Positions 59,238 to 64,000 of a stretch of DNA of 64,000 bases are shown one piece after another (position 1 is the first letter of the stretch; the number at the start of each line of letters is the position of its first letter). The position numbers and the translations under genes are program-made. The stretch comes from Vulcanimicrobiota bacterium (GTDB taxonomy: Bacteria; Vulcanimicrobiota; Xenobia; Xenobiales; JADMJV01). The notes below the pieces were generated by a model. The model had not been told where the DNA came from and did not search any database. It saw only the letters and a program-made list of their open reading frames with translations. The stretch lies in the NCBI GenBank assembly GCA_050250895.1, contig JBFWNU010000004.1, positions 174,924 to 238,923 on the forward strand, in the 5' to 3' direction.

Positions 59238-60559
59238 CCCTCGAGCAGCGGTCGCTGGACCTGAAAACCGGCCGGTGCCTCAGGACGCTCGAGAGTATCG
59301 AGCACCCGGGCGAGGGCCGTCTGCTTGTAACTCACGCGTTTTACCCGCTCGGTCGTCCAGGGATTCCACCACTGACCCTCGCCGCCGGCTTTGGCCTCCG
59401 AGAGTTCAGCCAAAAGCTGCCGCGCTTGGGGCGCGGACTCGGGCTCCAGATCGTCAAACCGAGCTCTTAGCTCGGCCATGGTGGCGCTCAACTCCTGGCT
59501 GGTGACCTGGGCAGCCTCGAGGTCAGCAGCCCTGACGCCGGCTACCCCTTCGAGCGCCTCCAATTGCTGCCGGGTAGTCTCGTAGACAGCCTGCATGTCG
59601 TCGAGCAAAGGCTCGGCTAGAGCCTGGATACGCTGGCTATCGGGGCGATACTGATCGGCTTTTGCCTGATGGCTCACTCTCACCGCCAACTCTCGGACCT
59701 CGGCGTAGGAGGCCGGCTCGAGACGCAAGTCGCCCCCATAGACGCTGGGATAGCCGTAGTAGAGCTTTTCGCCGTTTTCGAGCCGATGGAACGACTCCAG
59801 GGCCGACCAGCGGCTCGAGGTGTGCTCTTCGAGGGTCAGCAAGGCGTCGCGATCCTCCGGGGCGATGAGGTCCGAGGGTGTCTTGAGATAGAGCGCGTCC
59901 ACCTCTTTCAAGCCCTGCATGCCGTTCACGCTGACCGAGCGCTGGTGGCCCAGCTCATAGCTGACGCTGAGGGGCCTGCCGTCGCGCAGCACCAGGAGGG
60001 CGGCCACTCCCCTGGTGCTCCAAGCCGGTTGCGAGGCGGCCACCCGGTCGAACAATTGCTGATCCTGGGGCGACAGGGGCGACTGGTCGCGCAGAAGAAA
60101 GTCGGCGACCAGCCTGACCTGATCGTGGTTGTCGAGGGTGAACGGCGTGCCCTGGTCCGGAGTATAGGTGACGCCGCGATAGGAATTGTGGTAGTTGAGG
60201 TCGCGAAAAGCGTCGTCGGCGCTGGCCGGCTTGTCGTCGATGGAAAACTCCCCGATACGCGCCAGTCGACCGTAGTCTTCCATCAGCGGGTCGTCCAACA
60301 GTCGGCCCACGATGGGAGAGGCGGTCAAGCCCGAGAAATGGCCCGCCGCGCCGAGTCCCAACAAGGTAGCGGCTCCCACCAGGGTGCCCCAGCCGGGCCC
60401 TTTGCGACGGGAGCCGATCTCTAGCGTTCCCTGGCTGGTGGGCAGCTCGGCCGAATCGATGGGAGTACGACCCGTGCTGGTGGGAGGTGGACTCAGTGCC
60501 AACCGGTCCGACAGGCTGGCCCGGCGCACGGGTTGGCTGGAGAATATAATCGTGTTCAT
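59234..60559 (-). CDS. Hypothetical protein with Ser/Pro-rich N-terminus, one TM and C-terminal coiled coil
   Basis: 441-aa ORF overlapping the upstream stop by 1 nt; no recognised family. Confidence 0.65.
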   Translation of the reverse strand: MNTIIFSSQPVRRASLSDRLALSPPPTSTGRTPIDSAELPTSQGTLEIGSRRKGPGWGTLVGAATLLGLGAAGHFSGLTASPIVGRLLDDPLMEDYGRLARIGEFSIDDKPASADDAFRDLNYHNSYRGVTYTPDQGTPFTLDNHDQVRLVADFLLRDQSPLSPQDQQLFDRVAASQPAWSTRGVAALLVLRDGRPLSVSYELGHQRSVSVNGMQGLKEVDALYLKTPSDLIAPEDRDALLTLEEHTSSRWSALESFHRLENGEKLYYGYPSVYGGDLRLEPASYAEVRELAVRVSHQAKADQYRPDSQRIQALAEPLLDDMQAVYETTRQQLEALEGVAGVRAADLEAAQVTSQELSATMAELRARFDDLEPESAPQARQLLAELSEAKAGGEGQWWNPWTTERVKRVSYKQTALARVLDTLERPEAPAGFQVQRPLLEG

Positions 60560-61614
60560 CAGTCTTGACGAATGGCCACCGAGAAGTCGTTGACCACAAC
60601 CTCCTCATCATCGCCGTCCAGGGTACCTTCGGCACCAGAACTGGTGAGAGCGATCATAGTGTAGGCGTGGGGGAACTTCAGACTCTCGGCTGCCGCTTGG
60701 GTCTCGGCATCGACCCTGACGTCAAGCTTTCCATCCTTCTCGATGGCCATAGGAACGTTGTTTTCTCGGATGATGGGCTGGCCGCCCACCAGCTTGAGGC
60801 TGGCTTCGGGGACCTTCACCTGGTGGCGGCCCTGGCTGATGGTGACACCGTCACCCTCGCACTGCAGCCTGACTCCGTTGACCAGGCGACACTCGAGCAG
60901 TTGCTGGCGGTTCTCGATACCCACCGACCGGCCAGCCTCGGGCGGGCCTGCCGGCCACTGCTCCCAGACTCCGCGACCCCAGCGAACCGGCGAGTCGCCG
61001 ACCCCCCGAAAGTGCAGCTCGAACTGGCTTTCACCCCCGGCCGCCTGGAGTAGCGCCTGGCCGGCCAGGCCCACCGCTGAGCCGGCCAGCAGAGCGGCGG
61101 CGGAGGTCGCCAGAGCGCACACCAGGTCGGCCTTCCACCAGGTCACTCCGAAAGTGCCGGCGGCCAGGGCGTAGCGACCCACGGTGGCTCCGTGCAGAAT
61201 CTTGCCCAGAATCCGCTGGTGGCGGATGCCGGCGGAGAGATAGCTGACCTCGGCCCGCTCGCTAGCCTGGCCCAGCAACTCGACCGGCAGGACCGGGGCC
61301 AGTTCACGATCGGGGGTGCGAAAGGTGCCGTTCTGGGTGAGAGGATAGTCGAAAAGAAGGTCCCCCACCCGATTCTGCAGATGCCCGTCTCTCAAGTGAA
61401 AGTCGGGAGCCTGACCGGGGTTGCCAATGGCCACCACCCCGCCGGGGAGGAACTCGAGCTGTTGGTGTTTGCCTACCAGCAGGTCGCGACCATCCGTTTG
61501 CGACAACTCGAGCTTGTCAAAAAAGCGCTCATCCTCGGAGTGGTCTACCGCAACGCCTTTCTCTTTGTTGCTGATGCGGACACCCGAAGGTAAAGTGAGA
61601 GAGCATACCTTCAT
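60559..61614 (-). CDS. Hypothetical protein with central hydrophobic hairpin between two beta-rich halves
   Basis: 351-aa ORF; halves begin similarly (LTLPSGVRI / CRLVNGVRL). Confidence 0.6.
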   Translation of the reverse strand: MKVCSLTLPSGVRISNKEKGVAVDHSEDERFFDKLELSQTDGRDLLVGKHQQLEFLPGGVVAIGNPGQAPDFHLRDGHLQNRVGDLLFDYPLTQNGTFRTPDRELAPVLPVELLGQASERAEVSYLSAGIRHQRILGKILHGATVGRYALAAGTFGVTWWKADLVCALATSAAALLAGSAVGLAGQALLQAAGGESQFELHFRGVGDSPVRWGRGVWEQWPAGPPEAGRSVGIENRQQLLECRLVNGVRLQCEGDGVTISQGRHQVKVPEASLKLVGGQPIIRENNVPMAIEKDGKLDVRVDAETQAAAESLKFPHAYTMIALTSSGAEGTLDGDDEEVVVNDFSVAIRQD

Positions 61615-61697
61615 CTAGTGGAACCTATCTATCTATGTGGCCCAAATCTAGCCCGCCGGCCTGAAAGAAACATGAAGCGCCCACCGAATGCCTTCGA

Positions 61698-62816
61698 GTG
61701 CGAAAGAGGATTGCCATCTTCTCGGCCTCGATCGGAGCGGGCCACAGCCGCGCCGCCGAAGCACTGGTCGTGGCCGCCGTCGACCGCGGCCTCGAGGTCG
61801 TGCACCACGACACCCTGGAGTTCATGCCGCGGGCTTTTCGAGCCCTCTACCGCGACGCCTATCTCGATATGGTCGGGCGGGCCCCGCGCGTGTTCGGCTG
61901 GCTCTACGACCTGACCGACAGGCCGTTCAACCCCGATGTGCTAAGAACCGCCCTGGAAGAGGCCAGCGCCCGCCGATTCTACGAGTTTCTCGACGACTAC
62001 GCTCCCGAGTTGGTGCTGTGCACCCACTTTCTGCCCCAGAGCCTGGTTTATCAGCGGCGCGAACGCCAAAGGACGGGCCAGTGTCTGGCCACCGTCATCA
62101 CCGACTTCGATGTCCACGGCATGTGGTTGGGAGCTCCCAGCGACCACTACTTCGTGGCCGTCAGCGAAGCCAGGGCCTATCTGCGCTCGTTCGGCATCTC
62201 AGCCCGAGCCATCTCGGTGACCGGCATTCCCACCCATCCCGTCTTCTCCGTGCCCAAAGATCGAGCCGCCACGGCTGCCCGCCTCGGGTTGCGAGCCGAC
62301 CTACCCACCTTGTTGTTGTCGGCAGGCGGCTTCGGAACCAGCAATCTCGAGGGGATCTGCGACGCGTTGGAGCGGGTCAGCCGGCCCATCCAGGTGATCG
62401 CGGCCTGTGGTCGTAACGACGAGCAAAAGCAAGCCCTGGAGGCCCGTCTGGCCGGTCGCGAGCGGGAGTACCCCCTCTTTCACGTGGTCGGCTTCACCGC
62501 CGCCTTCGACGAATACATGACCTGCGCCGACATCGTGCTGGGCAAGCCTGGCGGCCTCACCACCTGGGAATCGTTCGTCAAAGGGCTGGCCTGGGTAGTG
62601 GTCAACCCCATTCCCGGCCAGGAAGAGCGCAATACCTACCACCTGCTCGAAGAGGGAGTGGGGGTGTGGGCCTATGAGGAACGCACTCTGGCCCACAAGG
62701 TCGACGAGCTACTAGACCCCAGCTCGGATCGCTTGCCCCGCATGCAAGAACGCTCGCGAGCCATGGCTCGGCCCGGAGCGGCCGCCGAGATCATCGAGAC
62801 CTGCCTCGAGCTTTAA
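61698..62816 (+). CDS. MGDG synthase / UgtP-like diacylglycerol glycosyltransferase (GT28)
   Basis: SIGAGHSRAA, CTHFLP, VITDF..H..W, VTGIP, KPGGLT..E, PIPGQEERN. Confidence 0.92.
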   Translation: MRKRIAIFSASIGAGHSRAAEALVVAAVDRGLEVVHHDTLEFMPRAFRALYRDAYLDMVGRAPRVFGWLYDLTDRPFNPDVLRTALEEASARRFYEFLDDYAPELVLCTHFLPQSLVYQRRERQRTGQCLATVITDFDVHGMWLGAPSDHYFVAVSEARAYLRSFGISARAISVTGIPTHPVFSVPKDRAATAARLGLRADLPTLLLSAGGFGTSNLEGICDALERVSRPIQVIAACGRNDEQKQALEARLAGREREYPLFHVVGFTAAFDEYMTCADIVLGKPGGLTTWESFVKGLAWVVVNPIPGQEERNTYHLLEEGVGVWAYEERTLAHKVDELLDPSSDRLPRMQERSRAMARPGAAAEIIETCLEL

Positions 62817-62851
62817 CCATTTTTTCAGCGCCCTGTCCTAGGTTGGAACCA

Positions 62852-63292
62852 ATGAACATTGCAGGAGATCATCGGGCTCGCTTCGTGCAGTTCGTCGCCA
62901 GTCGCATCGGCCAGCCCGTCGAAACCACCCGAACCGCCCTGGATCAGTCGCTTGAGCTCGATACCGAACTCGGTGACCGGGTCCAGGATCGCCTCGAGCT
63001 GGCCGCCCGCAACGCCATCGAACGCAACCAGGCCAAGAAAGCGGGTCAGCCGGACCCCGGCCAGGAGTTCGGCGAGAAATACCCCCTGGCCGCCGCAGCC
63101 TTTGAAGAGATGCTCGACGACGTGGCTCACCTCACCAAAACCAATCCCGAGCCGACCGCCGTCGAAAGTGGTGGAGAGGGCATCTTTGCCATCGACTTTG
63201 ACCATCCCGAAGAGAGCTATCACGGCACTCTCTTCGTGGACACCACTCCTGAACACGACGGCGTGACCCTCTATTACGCCAAGCGGGGCTAG
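62852..63292 (+). CDS. Hypothetical protein
   Basis: Acidic 146-aa ORF with typical codon usage, 1 nt upstream of the next gene. Confidence 0.6.
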   Translation: MNIAGDHRARFVQFVASRIGQPVETTRTALDQSLELDTELGDRVQDRLELAARNAIERNQAKKAGQPDPGQEFGEKYPLAAAAFEEMLDDVAHLTKTNPEPTAVESGGEGIFAIDFDHPEESYHGTLFVDTTPEHDGVTLYYAKRG

Positions 63293-63293
63293 C

Positions 63294-63665
63294 GTGCGGC
63301 TACCCAAGACTCTTCCGCCCGAGACGGTGCCCTTTTTTACGGCCTATCTCGACATGCCACGCATCGAGCCTGACGAACTGTTGACCCGGGTCCGCCAATA
63401 CCTGGTCACGGTGCGGGCCGCCGCCGAAACCAACCCCACGGTGGATGTCGAGCTGGCCGAGCGCATCGCCGACGGTGTCGAGCAACTGCTGGCTCAGGCG
63501 AAGTCGCCCGACTATCCCTACGTCCAGGCGGCCGCCATCTATCTCATCGAAGATGAAGACGACCAGGGCGACCTGACCTCGTGCATCGGCTTTGACGATG
63601 ACGCCGAGGTGTTCAACGCGGTCTGCAAGTTCCTCGACCACCCTGAGCTTTCTATCGACTTCTAG
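63294..63665 (+). CDS. DUF1232/YkvA-like protein
   Basis: AAIYLIEDEDDQGDLTSCIGFDDDAEV resembles the Y...P.D..PD....G..DD motif. Confidence 0.6.
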   Translation: MRLPKTLPPETVPFFTAYLDMPRIEPDELLTRVRQYLVTVRAAAETNPTVDVELAERIADGVEQLLAQAKSPDYPYVQAAAIYLIEDEDDQGDLTSCIGFDDDAEVFNAVCKFLDHPELSIDF

Positions 63666-63680
63666 GCGGTCCTGAGGGGG

Positions 63681-63802
63681 GCGCTCGATGGAAGCGCTCG
63701 ATGGGGGAACCGCGGGGTTCCGCGGTGGGCGCGGAGGCGTGGGCGTCGCTGCGAGGTGAGCGCTCGATCGTGGAAAACCGCCGAGTCGCCGAGACGCAGA
63801 GG
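63681..63802 (+). repeat. Dispersed repeat copies 3 and 4
   Basis: GCGCTCGATGG x2 then GGGAAC-CGCGGGG-ttc-CGCGGTG-gg-CGCGGAG-GCGTG (63705-63741); GTGAGCGCTCGATCGTGGAAAAC-CGCCGAG-t-CGCCGAG-a-CGCAGAG-G (63756-63802). Confidence 0.65.
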
Positions 63803-63960
63803 TTGTAGGGGTTGCTGGGCGGGGGCCTCTTTGATGATCGGTGGCCTGTCGTGAGACGGCTTGAGGGTTTGGGGGGAGGCGCGTGGGGCGACGGCGTGGC
63901 GGGCTCATCGATACCCGTCGGGGCGCTCTGTCGAAGTGCAGTTGGCGTGGCTCGCCAGGG

Positions 63961-64000
63961 GGCGCTTGGGGGATGAACACGGAGATCAGGAGGGCACGGA
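63961..64000 (+). repeat. Degenerate dispersed repeat copy 5, cut by the window end
   Basis: GGCGCTTGGGGGATGAA-CACGGAG-a-TCAGGAG-gg-CACGGA. Confidence 0.45.

Noticed and set aside
63300-63980. 226-aa minus-strand ORF spanning the terminal repeat tract
   Set aside because: Pro/Arg-rich translation of G-rich non-coding DNA, running antisense into the DUF1232-like gene.

Overview
A densely coding, high-GC bacterial chromosomal window with about 52 genes. I found no rRNA, tRNA, CRISPR array, transposase or phage genes. Gene content (EndoQ, Amj, system II cytochrome c maturation, AMIN/secretin-type periplasmic domains, sigmaH-like promoters) suggests a diderm Terrabacteria lineage such as Ca. Eremiobacterota/Vulcanimicrobiota; this is inference only. 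Recognisable genes include ligA, serC, resB-ccsA, a type IV pilus platform protein and minor pilins, a fatty acyl reductase plus wax ester synthase pair, a multi-FKBP lipoprotein, a histidine kinase with a BTAD response regulator, and a glycolipid synthase. Main leads: (1) 37.9-45.9 kb, a lipoprotein ending in (Gly-Gly-Tyr)9, flanked by two paralogous GT-C-like membrane proteins and near a lipoprotein animal-type heme peroxidase with the same promoter motif. This is a candidate tyrosine cross-linking or glycosylation surface-coat system. (2) A dispersed AAAC-[CGCNRAG]x3 repeat family, two copies of which bracket an AT-richer ABC-type ATPase + PIN-like cassette. (3) Two orphan structured small-RNA candidates. 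(4) Several orphan effector-like proteins (ART-like, nucleotidyltransferase-like, glycine zipper). All protein calls come from motif recognition by eye; no searches were run.
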